The notes: a model not told the origin generated them from the letters alone. A stretch of 64,000 nt of DNA from Saprospiraceae bacterium (GCA_020629255.1 JAHDDR010000001.1:8924-72923); one strand, 5' to 3'. Counted from the first letter of the stretch, positions 1 through 9,924 are shown. Program-made: numbers and translations.

Positions 1-393
1 CAAGGAAAAAAAGCAGAAGAAAATTTAATTTTCAACTTGAATTTAAAAGTAGATAATAAAAACATTTTACAAAAGAATAATTTATTTATCGACATTGGAA
101 TCATCAATCCCACCGGACAATTTTCTTTGCATTTACGCACCCGGGATATTTTTCCTAATGGTCTTCCTTTTGAAGAACAAAAAGGGGAACTGCCGGTTCA
201 GTTTGAAATTGAACATCCTAATTTACTTCCCAACGTATACACTTTTATCATTTATATTTATTCCAAATCGGAAGATGTTCTTTTATGGGTAGAAAATTAT
301 TCTCCTTTCAGAATTGATAGCCCAAGAAGCATTGACTATTCTGATCCTTTGCGTTCCCTCACTCTTCCTTCATTCAAAATTATTTCAATATGA
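1..393 (+). CDS. 3' end of a CDS open to the left window edge; possibly the Wzt_C-like C-terminal domain of a polysaccharide ABC-transporter ATPase
   Basis: Frame 1 has no stop from nt 1 (QGKKAEENLIFN...), so the listed TTG start at 37 is an artefact. The CDS ends at TGA 391-393, overlapping the next ATG (ATGA). The beta-rich pattern ending LLPNVYTFIIYIYS...LLWVENYSPFRID resembles the end of Wzt C-terminal domains. This assignment rests on pattern memory only. Confidence 0.3.
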   Translation, partial: QGKKAEENLIFNLNLKVDNKNILQKNNLFIDIGIINPTGQFSLHLRTRDIFPNGLPFEEQKGELPVQFEIEHPNLLPNVYTFIIYIYSKSEDVLLWVENYSPFRIDSPRSIDYSDPLRSLTLPSFKIISI

Positions 394-1325
394 TTCGAAA
401 TAATTTAGCACGAGTGTACAGCCATTTAATGAGCCTTTTTTTCAAAGACCCTTGGAAAAAAGAAGCCATTTTAAAAAGCCGGTACCCTGAAATCCATCAC
501 AAGTGGTGGAGCAAAAACATATTTTTTAAAAAATTTAATCTGCAACTGAATAAAGGAGAACATTATTCTTTAATATCGGGTTACGAATATGCTTTAGCTC
601 TACACGAACAATTAAATGGTCAATTCTCTCTTCGTAATGAAAATTTATATTTAACATTAAAGGGTATTAAAGTTCAAATTAAAAGAGGTGTCGAATTGTA
701 TATTCTTCACGAAATATTCATTTTGCAAGATTATCATTTTTCCAGCTTACACGATTATATTGTCATAGATATTGGAATGAATGTGGGTTTTGCATCTTTG
801 TTTTTTGCACAACAAAATCACATACAAAAAATATATGCGTATGAGCCTATTGATAAAATATATCAAGAAGCCATTTCAAATTTTGAATTAAATCCGAAAT
901 TAAAAGAAAAAATAATCGCTCATCAAGTCGGTTTAGGAAAAAACAATGAGACCGTAGAATTATTTTTCAATGACACCCACATAGGAAACACAACGAAAAA
1001 CAAAGAAAATGCTAAGGGCGAAAATATAAATGCAATCCAGGTGGAAATTAGAAATGCTCAAGAAATCATACTTGAAATTTCCAAACGACATGATAAAGAA
1101 AATATTTTTATAAAAATAGATTGCGAAGGAATGGAATTTGATATCTTCGAATCTTTTCAAGAACCCATCCCTAAAAATGTAACATCATTTATTTTAGAAT
1201 GGCACTTCAAAAAACCTATTTCTATTATTCGTGTTTTAGAAAAAAACAATTTCATTTGCATCAACCATCCTAAGAACGAAACCTTGGGAATGCTTTATGC
1301 TTTTAGGGAACCATTTAGTCAGTAG
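390..1325 (+). CDS. FkbM-family SAM-dependent methyltransferase
   Basis: 311 aa. Shows IVIDIGMNVGFASLFFA (Gly-rich SAM loop), YAYEP, and KIDCEGMEFDIFESF near the C-terminus, typical of Methyltransf_21/FkbM. ATGA overlap with the upstream CDS. Confidence 0.8.
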   Translation: MIRNNLARVYSHLMSLFFKDPWKKEAILKSRYPEIHHKWWSKNIFFKKFNLQLNKGEHYSLISGYEYALALHEQLNGQFSLRNENLYLTLKGIKVQIKRGVELYILHEIFILQDYHFSSLHDYIVIDIGMNVGFASLFFAQQNHIQKIYAYEPIDKIYQEAISNFELNPKLKEKIIAHQVGLGKNNETVELFFNDTHIGNTTKNKENAKGENINAIQVEIRNAQEIILEISKRHDKENIFIKIDCEGMEFDIFESFQEPIPKNVTSFILEWHFKKPISIIRVLEKNNFICINHPKNETLGMLYAFREPFSQ

Positions 1326-1334
1326 AATAAAAAC

Positions 1335-2258
1335 ATGTTTAGAAAACTCCTCATCGGTTTATCTGTCGTTTCCAGAATTTTTATTTGGAACGAATGGTGG
1401 CGTGCAGCTATGCGACTCAGTTGTAACCCAGGAAATAAACTCATAAAAACCCAACATGGTTGCGCGGTTTCTTTTAATGAGGGAAATTTAATTATTGATC
1501 GCAGATACCCCGTTCATTTTTTATGGGCGTCGGAATATCTTATTCCGTTACAAAAATCTTACGGTCTTGAAATCAGTACAAAAAATAATGAATATCATAT
1601 TCAAATAGATGGCGTTCGTTTTAAAATCACAGGGCATTTTGATATTTATGTCATTTATGAAGTGTATGAATTATTAATGTACAATTTCACGATTCCTTCT
1701 AAGAAAAAAAACATTATTATTGATATCGGAATGAATGTCGGAACAGCAAGTTTATATTTTGCGAGCCTTGAACAGAACCATCATATTTACTCTTACGAAC
1801 CTATTTTAGACATTCACAATAGGGCTCTGGAAAATTTTGATTTAAACCCTCAATTAAAAAATAAAATAAAACCGTATTCTTGGGGCTTAGGAAAAAAAGA
1901 TGGAAGCATGAATTTTCAATTTCACGCAGAGCATCATGGCAACACGGCTCGCGAAGGATTCCATATGGAAAAAGGAGTCGAAAATATTATTTCATCCAAA
2001 ATTAAAAATGCAGAAACGATTATTCATGAAATTTCGGAAAGGCATTCCGAAATGAATATTATTGTAAAAATAGATTGCGAAGGAATGGAGTTCGACATTT
2101 TTGAATCTTTTATTTCTCCTCTTCCAAAAAACATAAAATTATTCATGATGGAATGGCATTTTAAAAACCCTTCTCCAATTATTTCTACATTAGAAAAAAA
2201 TGGTTTTTCAACTATTAGAAGCGGTACGGAAATCGGCATGTTATATGCTTTAAAATAA
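1335..2258 (+). CDS. FkbM-family SAM-dependent methyltransferase (tandem paralogue)
   Basis: 307 aa. Same motif set as 390-1325: IIIDIGMNVGTASLYFA, YSYEP, KIDCEGMEFDIFESF, EWHFKNP. Lies 9 nt after the first copy. Confidence 0.8.
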   Translation: MFRKLLIGLSVVSRIFIWNEWWRAAMRLSCNPGNKLIKTQHGCAVSFNEGNLIIDRRYPVHFLWASEYLIPLQKSYGLEISTKNNEYHIQIDGVRFKITGHFDIYVIYEVYELLMYNFTIPSKKKNIIIDIGMNVGTASLYFASLEQNHHIYSYEPILDIHNRALENFDLNPQLKNKIKPYSWGLGKKDGSMNFQFHAEHHGNTAREGFHMEKGVENIISSKIKNAETIIHEISERHSEMNIIVKIDCEGMEFDIFESFISPLPKNIKLFMMEWHFKNPSPIISTLEKNGFSTIRSGTEIGMLYALK

Positions 2259-2265
2259 TTGTATC

Positions 2266-3267
2266 ATGAGTAAAAAACCGCCATTTTTTTCAGTTGTTAT
2301 TCCTGCATATAACCGTGCGGATTTTTTACTTATTGCCACATTAAGTTTACAGCAACAATCTTTCCCCGACTGGGAGGTCATCATTATTGATGATGGCTCT
2401 ACGGATCACACCTCTAAAGTTTGTCAACGGCTCCTGGAAAAAGATGGCCGGATAAAATATCATTATCAAAAAAATCAAGAAAGAAGTGCGGCAAGGAATA
2501 AAGGCATTCATTTATCACAAGGAGAATATATTTGTTTTTTAGATAGCGATGATTATTATTTACCTCAACATTTAGAAATTTTTCATACAAAAATAATAGA
2601 ACAAAAAAGACCCAAAGCGTTTCTTTATTCTAAAGCCGTGGCTTACATTCGAAAAGAATATCACAAGGGAAAAACATTGATGTCGGGTAAAACGCCCATC
2701 CGAATTGCCTTGGAAGATTTCCTTTATCCGACTTCGGCTTGCTTCCATAAAAACATTTTAAAAAAAATAAAATTCCCCGAGGCCTACAACATGTGGGAAG
2801 ACACTCATCTTTTTATTCGTGTATTATTGGAATATGATTTTATCCCCATCGAAGCATTCACAACAGTTCGAGTAGAACACGAAGACATGAGTACACACGA
2901 TCGGTTTCTTTCTTTTGAAAATATGACCACACTTTTTGAATGCGTCCATGATCTTACTCAAAATTATTTGGCAGGGAAGCCTAAAATAAAAAAGGCGGTA
3001 CAAAAATTTCAATACATTATGTTTTGTGATTTTTCTGTTGCATCTTTACTAAGTTTCCAGCCGCAAAAAATGTTCAAGACCATTGGTTTTCTTCGTCAGA
3101 AAAAAATATTATCAGAAATTATTTTTTATTTTTTCAAGAAACCGCACATTCCTTTTAAAATATTATTACGGGAAATATTAGCAAAAACAAACATCTATAA
3201 GAATACAGGCTTAGGGAGTGTAAGTGATGAAGAGAAATCCTTGTATGATTTTCCTAAGAAATTATAA
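2266..3267 (+). CDS. Family 2 (GT-A) glycosyltransferase
   Basis: 333 aa. Shows FSVVIPAYNRADFL...VIIIDDGSTDHT...ARNKGI...FLDSDDYY (DxD). Confidence 0.85.
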   Translation: MSKKPPFFSVVIPAYNRADFLLIATLSLQQQSFPDWEVIIIDDGSTDHTSKVCQRLLEKDGRIKYHYQKNQERSAARNKGIHLSQGEYICFLDSDDYYLPQHLEIFHTKIIEQKRPKAFLYSKAVAYIRKEYHKGKTLMSGKTPIRIALEDFLYPTSACFHKNILKKIKFPEAYNMWEDTHLFIRVLLEYDFIPIEAFTTVRVEHEDMSTHDRFLSFENMTTLFECVHDLTQNYLAGKPKIKKAVQKFQYIMFCDFSVASLLSFQPQKMFKTIGFLRQKKILSEIIFYFFKKPHIPFKILLREILAKTNIYKNTGLGSVSDEEKSLYDFPKKL

Positions 3268-3307
3268 ACAAAAATAATATTTTAAATGATGTTCCTGGGA
3301 ATTAATT

Positions 3308-4771
3308 TCATTCATTTATTCCTTTTATAAATTTTGAAGTTTCCATTTCCTCATCCAATTGATATGTTATTATGTATACTCCTTTGGGGAGCCCACTTAC
3401 ATCTAATACAACACGGCTATTTGTTTTTTCTATTACTCGAAGGTTCATTTTTTTTCCTATACTATCATAAATATTGCATTGTCCGATCTTTTTTACAAAA
3501 TTGATATTCAATCTATCTTTAACGATTGTGGGATATATTTCTATACTAGTATTTCCTCCAGCATAAAGAACTTCGATTATTTTTGAATACACAAAAGAAG
3601 CATCTTTATCCATTTGTTTTAATCGATAATAATTATTTCCCGGAGAAGGATCCCTATCCACAAATTGATATGAGTGCAACGAAACACTATTTCCTTCAGA
3701 ATTTATTTTCCCAATCCGAAAAAAATCATTTCCTGATGTCTTCCTTTCTACTTCAAAATAATCAAAATTAATTTCTGATGCCGTACCCCAATTTAATTCA
3801 ACACTATTATTTATGGCTCTTCCTTGAAAATAATTGAGTTCAGTGGGCAAATTGACATTAGCCATATGGGAATAAGCAAAATAAGTAAAACCTTCTACAT
3901 TTATATTATTGATCCAACTTATTGAGTTAGCCATCCAATCATTGATAAAAATGTTTTCAGCAGAAAGCATGGAATTGTTTTCCAACCAATTTTGCATAAA
4001 TATAGGTTCTGATGAAAAGATGATGGAAACATTTAATCCCGGCGTACCGTTTGCAAAATCAATCATTCTTGTTTCAGCATAATTAAATGACGTTACTGGA
4101 TCGGTTACATATGCATGCAGACGTAAACGATCTAAATTTCCACTTATGGTACTCGCCTGAACCGCAGTTGGCCAGCCCACATAAGCTTCAGTAGAAATAG
4201 CATGTGTATTATTTGTTGCTAGCGCATTCATGATTTGAAGAACATTTATAAAAAATTGAAAGGCTCCATTTTCATCACAGGTATATCCACCTGGCGTTAA
4301 GTACGTCGTGCAATAGTATCCTCCTGGATCTGTAGCAGAAGAAATCCAATATTCGAATTCTAAATTATAAATGTCAAATTTTTCTGAAGCAAGACTCCTT
4401 GTATTATTATAAACATCAATAACATTGGTAAAAAAATCATCATTTTCTGCTGTTGCTCCTACCTTTAATATTCCATAATTATTTTTTGCTTTTTTAATGA
4501 AATCCGCTAATACTATATTCGTTACTGAATTTGTTAAATCATAATTGCTATGCACTACATGAAGTCCATACAACAACAATGTCTCTATTTCATTTAGTTG
4601 AGCATATGACAATAAGTCATTTTCTGCCGTCGTGTTTCCAACAATGTTTTCAAAGTCGTCTACATACAATGCTCTTTCTGCTTTTAGGTTTAGCATCCAA
4701 AACAAAAATAATATAACGAATATACTTCTTACTCCCATAAATCCTAAATTAAATAATTTGACATTTTTCAC
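3308..4771 (-). CDS. Secreted protein with a T9SS type-A C-terminal sorting domain; N-terminal catalytic-looking domain of unknown function
   Basis: 487 aa. N-terminal signal peptide (FVILFLFWMLNLKA). Ig/Fn3-like segment (VELNWGTASEINFDYFEVERK...YYRLKQMD). The last ~80 aa fit the T9SS CTD pattern (IEIYPTIVKDRLNINF...GVYIITYQ...SKFIK). The N-terminal ~300 aa are unassigned (NLEFEYW, RLHAY). Confidence 0.6.
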   Translation of the reverse strand: MKNVKLFNLGFMGVRSIFVILFLFWMLNLKAERALYVDDFENIVGNTTAENDLLSYAQLNEIETLLLYGLHVVHSNYDLTNSVTNIVLADFIKKAKNNYGILKVGATAENDDFFTNVIDVYNNTRSLASEKFDIYNLEFEYWISSATDPGGYYCTTYLTPGGYTCDENGAFQFFINVLQIMNALATNNTHAISTEAYVGWPTAVQASTISGNLDRLRLHAYVTDPVTSFNYAETRMIDFANGTPGLNVSIIFSSEPIFMQNWLENNSMLSAENIFINDWMANSISWINNINVEGFTYFAYSHMANVNLPTELNYFQGRAINNSVELNWGTASEINFDYFEVERKTSGNDFFRIGKINSEGNSVSLHSYQFVDRDPSPGNNYYRLKQMDKDASFVYSKIIEVLYAGGNTSIEIYPTIVKDRLNINFVKKIGQCNIYDSIGKKMNLRVIEKTNSRVVLDVSGLPKGVYIITYQLDEEMETSKFIKGINE

Positions 4772-5487
4772 CTTGGCTTTACTGCTTCAACAACCAAGGT
4801 TTCTAATTCATTGAATTTTTCTGGAATGACTTCCCCATGTTTTTCGATTTTCCTTAATTCTTTATATTTACTTTTATGAATTTCATGTTTTTCGATTCCA
4901 ACAAAACCCTCCTTTTCTAACAACATTTTTAAACTCTGAAAATCATGGATGATTTGGTGCCCCCAATCTTTGAAAAAATTATTGATGACAAACAATGGTT
5001 TATACTGATTGGGGTTCAATTTCCTTGCCACATCCTTCGAAAAATTTTCAGTCGCCCATTTCACATATTCCTGGTGTATTGGTTTTTCCGATTCATTATA
5101 CAAGCGGAATAAAAAAGAAAAATCTGGTGTTGCCAAACGAATCACCCCCTGAGACTTCAATATTCGATTACATTCTGACAACATATTTGTTGCTTCATTA
5201 AAAGTAAGGTGTTCGAAAATGTGTTCGGAAAAAATAAAATCAAATGAATTGTCTTTGAAAGGGAATTGAGAGCCCACATCCAAAAAAGCTACTTCAGAAT
5301 GTTCTATTTCTATATCTGTATTGAGCCAGCCAGCCATGATATTTGTGCCACATCCTATCTGGAGTTTTTTGGTTCCTCCGTCCTTAAAATAGTTATTCAA
5401 TATTTTTTTTGTGGACGAACGGTTTTTCCATCGAATCCAATTCTTTTTGTACCTTTTTACTTTTTTATGTATTGAAGAAAAATTCAA
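4768..5487 (-). CDS. Class I SAM-dependent methyltransferase
   Basis: 239 aa. Motif I LQIGCGTNIMAGWLNTD, then FDFIFSEHIFEHL and ILKSQGVIRLATP (Methyltransf_11-like). 4-nt overlap with the downstream T9SS-cargo CDS. Confidence 0.75.
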   Translation of the reverse strand: MNFSSIHKKVKRYKKNWIRWKNRSSTKKILNNYFKDGGTKKLQIGCGTNIMAGWLNTDIEIEHSEVAFLDVGSQFPFKDNSFDFIFSEHIFEHLTFNEATNMLSECNRILKSQGVIRLATPDFSFLFRLYNESEKPIHQEYVKWATENFSKDVARKLNPNQYKPLFVINNFFKDWGHQIIHDFQSLKMLLEKEGFVGIEKHEIHKSKYKELRKIEKHGEVIPEKFNELETLVVEAVKPR

Positions 5488-5557
5488 TTAATATTAATTT
5501 CTTTAAACCAATTAATTCATTTAATTTGTCCTAGCACTTAAAATTACAAATATTTTG

Positions 5558-6610
5558 ATGAAAGGAAAAAACAATCCGATAGTCTCTGTCATTATGCCAG
5601 TTTATAATGGTGAAAAATTCTTAGCTGAAGCGATAGAGAGTATCTTGGAACAAACTTTTTCCAATTTTGAATTTATTATTTTGAACGATGGTTCTAGTGA
5701 CCTATCCGAAAAAATTATTCTGTCTTATCTTGAAAAAGATAAAAGGATAAAATATTTTCCAAGCACTAAAAACAAAGGGCTTATTTTTCAATTGAACAAA
5801 GGGATTAAAAATGCCAAAGGTAAATATGTTGCCAGAATGGATGCTGATGATATTTCTTTTCCCGATCGATTTGAAAAACAAGTTGGCTTCTTAAAATCGA
5901 ACCCTAAAATTGCCTTGCTGGGTGGTCAATGCATCCGAATCAATACCGAAGGAAAAAAAATAGGTATTTCAAACCTTCCTTGTTCCGAGGATGAAATAAA
6001 TGCTTGGAATATTTTTCTTTGCCCTTTTGTCCATCCAAGTATTTTTGTACGACTTGATATTATCCAAGAATACAAATATGATGAACAGGTAGCCGTTGAA
6101 GATTATTATTTATGGAGTCGGATTTTAGAAAAACACAAAGGAAGAAATTTAGAAGAACCTATTCTTTTTTATCGGGAACACCTAGACAATACATCCACAA
6201 AAAAAAATGAATGGTATCATAATACCATTCATTTTATTTATAGGAAAAATTTGGAAAACATTCAATTTAGCTTCACCTCTAAAGAACTAGATGTCCTTTC
6301 TAAAATTTCGGGGTATTACACGAAGGAAATTAATTCCAAAGAACTTAATGACCTTAAGATTTTATTAGATAGGATATTTAAGCATTGTATTCAAGAAAAT
6401 ATTTTTGCTAAAAAAACAATCCAATCTGTTATTGGAGAAGTATGGTTTGAGGTTTGTTATAAAAACATTTTTTTATATGGAAAGGGCTTATCTGTTTTTT
6501 ATTCTTATTTAAAAATATTGATACATATCCCTGCCAAAAAACATTTAAAATTTTTAATTCGACGAATAGAAAGAATTTTCAAAAATCATCCCTCGAAAAC
6601 ACCCAAATAG
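5558..6610 (+). CDS. Family 2 (GT-A) glycosyltransferase
   Basis: Shows VSVIMPVYNGEKFL...FIILNDGSSD...ARMDADDIS. The ORF track starts at TTG 5555; the adjacent ATG at 5558 is preferred. Confidence 0.85.
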   Translation: MKGKNNPIVSVIMPVYNGEKFLAEAIESILEQTFSNFEFIILNDGSSDLSEKIILSYLEKDKRIKYFPSTKNKGLIFQLNKGIKNAKGKYVARMDADDISFPDRFEKQVGFLKSNPKIALLGGQCIRINTEGKKIGISNLPCSEDEINAWNIFLCPFVHPSIFVRLDIIQEYKYDEQVAVEDYYLWSRILEKHKGRNLEEPILFYREHLDNTSTKKNEWYHNTIHFIYRKNLENIQFSFTSKELDVLSKISGYYTKEINSKELNDLKILLDRIFKHCIQENIFAKKTIQSVIGEVWFEVCYKNIFLYGKGLSVFYSYLKILIHIPAKKHLKFLIRRIERIFKNHPSKTPK

Positions 6611-7587
6611 CACTGATAGTATTCTTCTGCTATTTTTCCTAAAGCAAATCGTTTTACATTTTCATATCCTTCTTCTATAATTCCATTCCTATACTCCTCA
6701 TCATTTATAATTTTCTCGATCCCTTGTCTTATTTCATTTTCATTTTCCGCTTGGACATAGCAAGCACCATCGCCTGCGACTTCGGGCATTGCCGAATTAT
6801 TTGACAATACAATCGGCAGCCCTAAATATTGCGCTTCGACAATCGACAGCCCAAAACTCTCGTATAGGGAGGCCACCTCAACGATATCAATATCCTGATA
6901 CAGGTTTAAAATTTCTTGATTCGACAACTTATTATATTCCTTGTATTTGGTATTATTTTTTTCAAGTTCTTTTTTTTGCTTATCCGAAATTCGCCCTAAA
7001 ATAATTAATTCGCACGGAATATTTTTTAAAGCCCTTATTACTTTATCTAAGTTTTTTCTAGGATGATTTCCTTGATGTAATATTCTAGGGCATTCTTTAT
7101 TGAATGCTTTATTTTTTCCTTTTTTAAAATAATATGGAATCGGATTATAAATTAACTTTACTTTTTTCTGTGGACAATTGATATAATCCACCAACTCTTT
7201 TTTTGTACCCTGGGACACTGTTGTCCAAATTTTACATTTTTTATTTGGTACAATAAAGTACATCCATTTAAACAACTTCCCTTTCACCCCTGACGCTTTC
7301 CCTCGAATTCCTTCTACATCATGAGCGGTAATGATCGTTTTATTTTTGGGTAAAAAAGCAGATACATAATGGGCATCGCCCGTTATATGAAATACATCTG
7401 CTTTTATAAATAAAACAAAAAACATATTACACAATTTACCTAAGTGCGTTTTACAGGTAAAGGGTAATTCTATTTTTTTTATTTCTAGATTCTTAGTCCT
7501 CCTAATTTCTCGCCTAACTCCCTCAAAAATATTTTCGATGCTAAAAAACCCTTCTCTTGGTTTCCTATGTAAGTGGATAACTTTCAT
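6586..7587 (-). CDS. GT-B (family 4-like) glycosyltransferase
   Basis: 333 aa. C-terminal E-x7-E region SLYESFGLSIVEAQYLGLPIVLSNNSAMPEVAG. The 3' end overlaps the convergent GT2 by 25 nt. Confidence 0.75.
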   Translation of the reverse strand: MKVIHLHRKPREGFFSIENIFEGVRREIRRTKNLEIKKIELPFTCKTHLGKLCNMFFVLFIKADVFHITGDAHYVSAFLPKNKTIITAHDVEGIRGKASGVKGKLFKWMYFIVPNKKCKIWTTVSQGTKKELVDYINCPQKKVKLIYNPIPYYFKKGKNKAFNKECPRILHQGNHPRKNLDKVIRALKNIPCELIILGRISDKQKKELEKNNTKYKEYNKLSNQEILNLYQDIDIVEVASLYESFGLSIVEAQYLGLPIVLSNNSAMPEVAGDGACYVQAENENEIRQGIEKIINDEEYRNGIIEEGYENVKRFALGKIAEEYYQCYLGVFEG

Positions 7588-8678
7588 TCTTGTATCGAAA
7601 ACATTTTTTGAGCTTCTGTTTGCAATTGTCCTATTGTAATCTGCTTGGATTTATTTTTTGCTTTTTTCCTATTGACTCGATCAAATCCGTTAAATAATTG
7701 TGCTTCCTTTTCGTGGTAAGGATGCACTGTGAAAATTTTATTTTTCATCGTTTTATTTCTCGGACAAATATTTTTTGGATGAGCCACAACAAACACTACT
7801 AATGATGGTGTTGATGTTCCGTATGCCAAATGTGCCAAGCCAGAATCTACACCAAAAAAATAATTAGATTTGCTTATGCAATATGCTGCTTGCTGAATAT
7901 TCGTTCCACCTGTAAAATCATAAATGTTATTTTTAGGCATTGTTAAATGCTTCTTTAATTCATTTGCATAATTTTTATTCCTTTCGCTACTATCTCCTAA
8001 AATCACAATATTTTGAATTTTTCCATCTTGAAACCAAGCATCTATTAATTTTGCGGCTTTCCCAAAATCCCATAGACTGTGATCAAATTGGGAGAACAAC
8101 CCTACAGTTAATACCCGCCCTTCGATATTATCTATTTTGGAAAAGATTTCTTTTTTTATTTCAGGGTATTCGATTTCATTATTTTCAAATAATTCGTATG
8201 TTTTCTCATTTGGGAAAAATGCAGGAATAAAAGGCAAGGCCCTTTCTAAGTAATGCATATTTTGTCCATCGTATTTTTTTCGATTTGCCCCGATCAAATT
8301 AGACTGGGAAATGGTTTTAGAAAAATATCCTTCCCAATATGTATTTTTAAAAATAAGTGGAAAGTGTTTTAAATTAAGAAAAAGAGATAATAACAGCCCA
8401 CCTTCTTTTTTAGATGACCCATCTTTTGGTTTTACTATTTTTACATTTTCTGGAAAAGAGATAAAATCAGGTAGTTCTGTAATGATATAAATTTCCTTAT
8501 GAGGAATTAATTTTGCCAACCTGTTAACCACAGGGGAAAGCATGACAAAATCTCCAACCCCTACTGTTTTGTAAAAGGGAATAACAACATGCGAATATGA
8601 TTTCAAAAATTGTTTGGAAACCATAGCATATATTTCTATCGCCCAGAAAAGAAATTGGGATATTATTTTTTTCAACAT
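7584..8678 (-). CDS. Family 9 (heptosyltransferase-type) glycosyltransferase
   Basis: 364 aa. Shows VGVGDFVMLSPVV near the N-terminus and FGVDSGLAHLAYGTSTPSLVVF near the C-terminus, both GT9 hallmarks. Confidence 0.6.
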   Translation of the reverse strand: MLKKIISQFLFWAIEIYAMVSKQFLKSYSHVVIPFYKTVGVGDFVMLSPVVNRLAKLIPHKEIYIITELPDFISFPENVKIVKPKDGSSKKEGGLLLSLFLNLKHFPLIFKNTYWEGYFSKTISQSNLIGANRKKYDGQNMHYLERALPFIPAFFPNEKTYELFENNEIEYPEIKKEIFSKIDNIEGRVLTVGLFSQFDHSLWDFGKAAKLIDAWFQDGKIQNIVILGDSSERNKNYANELKKHLTMPKNNIYDFTGGTNIQQAAYCISKSNYFFGVDSGLAHLAYGTSTPSLVVFVVAHPKNICPRNKTMKNKIFTVHPYHEKEAQLFNGFDRVNRKKAKNKSKQITIGQLQTEAQKMFSIQE

Positions 8679-8716
8679 TAAATGCTGTTATGGATTTATG
8701 TGACGAGTATTCTTAT

Positions 8717-8749
8717 AAAAAAGTATGCGAGGTGAATTCACACGCTCGC
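8717..8749 (-). terminator. Candidate intrinsic terminator or attenuator between two glycosyltransferase genes
   Basis: The minus-strand RNA folds as GCGAG-(CGU bulge)-GUG-AAUU-CAC-CUCGC (8727-8749). AUAC and UUUUUU (8717-8722) follow. It lies about 30 nt after the stop of 8782-9921 and is the only GC-rich stem in this 103-nt gap. Confidence 0.35.
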
Positions 8750-8781
8750 ACATTATTTCCTCTTTCTTTTTTCATAAAGAT

Positions 8782-9921
8782 TTATTCCTTTGCATACTTT
8801 TCAATTGTATTCAAATAAACAGGAAATATTTGTTTTTCTCTAAAACTTTTATTGATTTTTATCCGCCCTGCTTTTCCCATTTCTTTTTTCTGTTCGTTTC
8901 CCATTTGGATAAAATCACTTATTTTCAGGATCAGATCCTGGACATTATTTTTTTCAACTAAAAATCCATTTATTCCATCATCAACGACTTCCCTGCACCC
9001 CACATTATCTGTTGTAATAATCGGGCGTTCCATGGCTGCGGCTTCCATTAATATCCGAGACATTCCTTCTCTATAAAAAGATGGAAAAATCAAGCAATCA
9101 CATCGTTCTAAATATGGACGGACATCAGTTGCTTCTCCTAAATATCTTATAACTCCCTCATTCTGCCATTTCACAATTTGGCTATAAGAGATTGCATTGG
9201 GATTATTCGGATCGATAAATCCTAATATTTGAAATTCTACATTTTTATATTTTTCCTTAATTTTTTTCGCTGCTTCAACAAACTGTCCCACACCTTTATC
9301 CCAAATTACCCGACCTGCAAAAAGAAATTTAATGTCATTCTCTTTTTTCACATAACCATTGGGTTTGTACCAGTCTGTATTTATACCTTCTCCCTTTATT
9401 AATCGCATTTTATTTTCTGTTGCGATTTTTTTAAAAAGGAAAACAGATTTGTCATCATTATTTAAGAACCAAACTTCTTTTGCTAGCCTCCCTGCTACTC
9501 GATATAGATTCAGTGTGAAAACCCCAGCTATTGAATTTTTAAAACTCAATAATCGCCCCAGACCTGTTGTTATAATTATCGACGGTGTTCTGGCAATGGC
9601 AGCAGCTATCGTTCCGTAAATATTCGGTTTAATGGTGTAATGAAAAATTAAATCGAATTTTTCTTTTCTATAAATCCGAATAAATTTAGCCAGTGTTTTT
9701 GCTTCTTCAATAACGTTGGTTCCATAACTACTAATCGGAATGTGCATAAACGATACTCCTTCCGAAACGATTTTCGCCGTAAAGGTATCCTTTGGTGCAA
9801 TCACCACTACATCATGTCCCTGCTGTTTCAATTCCTTAATTATTCCTAACCGGAAATTAAACATGCTCCATGCCGTATTACCAACAAAGGCAATTTTGTA
9901 TTTATTATTGTCGGGCATCAA
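8782..9921 (-). CDS. GT-B (family 4) glycosyltransferase
   Basis: 379 aa. Shows KIAFVGNTAWSMFNFRLGIIKEL at the N-terminus and the E-x7-E region FPSFYREGMSRILMEAAAMERPIITTDNVGCREVV. Confidence 0.8.
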   Translation of the reverse strand: MMPDNNKYKIAFVGNTAWSMFNFRLGIIKELKQQGHDVVVIAPKDTFTAKIVSEGVSFMHIPISSYGTNVIEEAKTLAKFIRIYRKEKFDLIFHYTIKPNIYGTIAAAIARTPSIIITTGLGRLLSFKNSIAGVFTLNLYRVAGRLAKEVWFLNNDDKSVFLFKKIATENKMRLIKGEGINTDWYKPNGYVKKENDIKFLFAGRVIWDKGVGQFVEAAKKIKEKYKNVEFQILGFIDPNNPNAISYSQIVKWQNEGVIRYLGEATDVRPYLERCDCLIFPSFYREGMSRILMEAAAMERPIITTDNVGCREVVDDGINGFLVEKNNVQDLILKISDFIQMGNEQKKEMGKAGRIKINKSFREKQIFPVYLNTIEKYAKE

Positions 9922-9924
9922 AAA

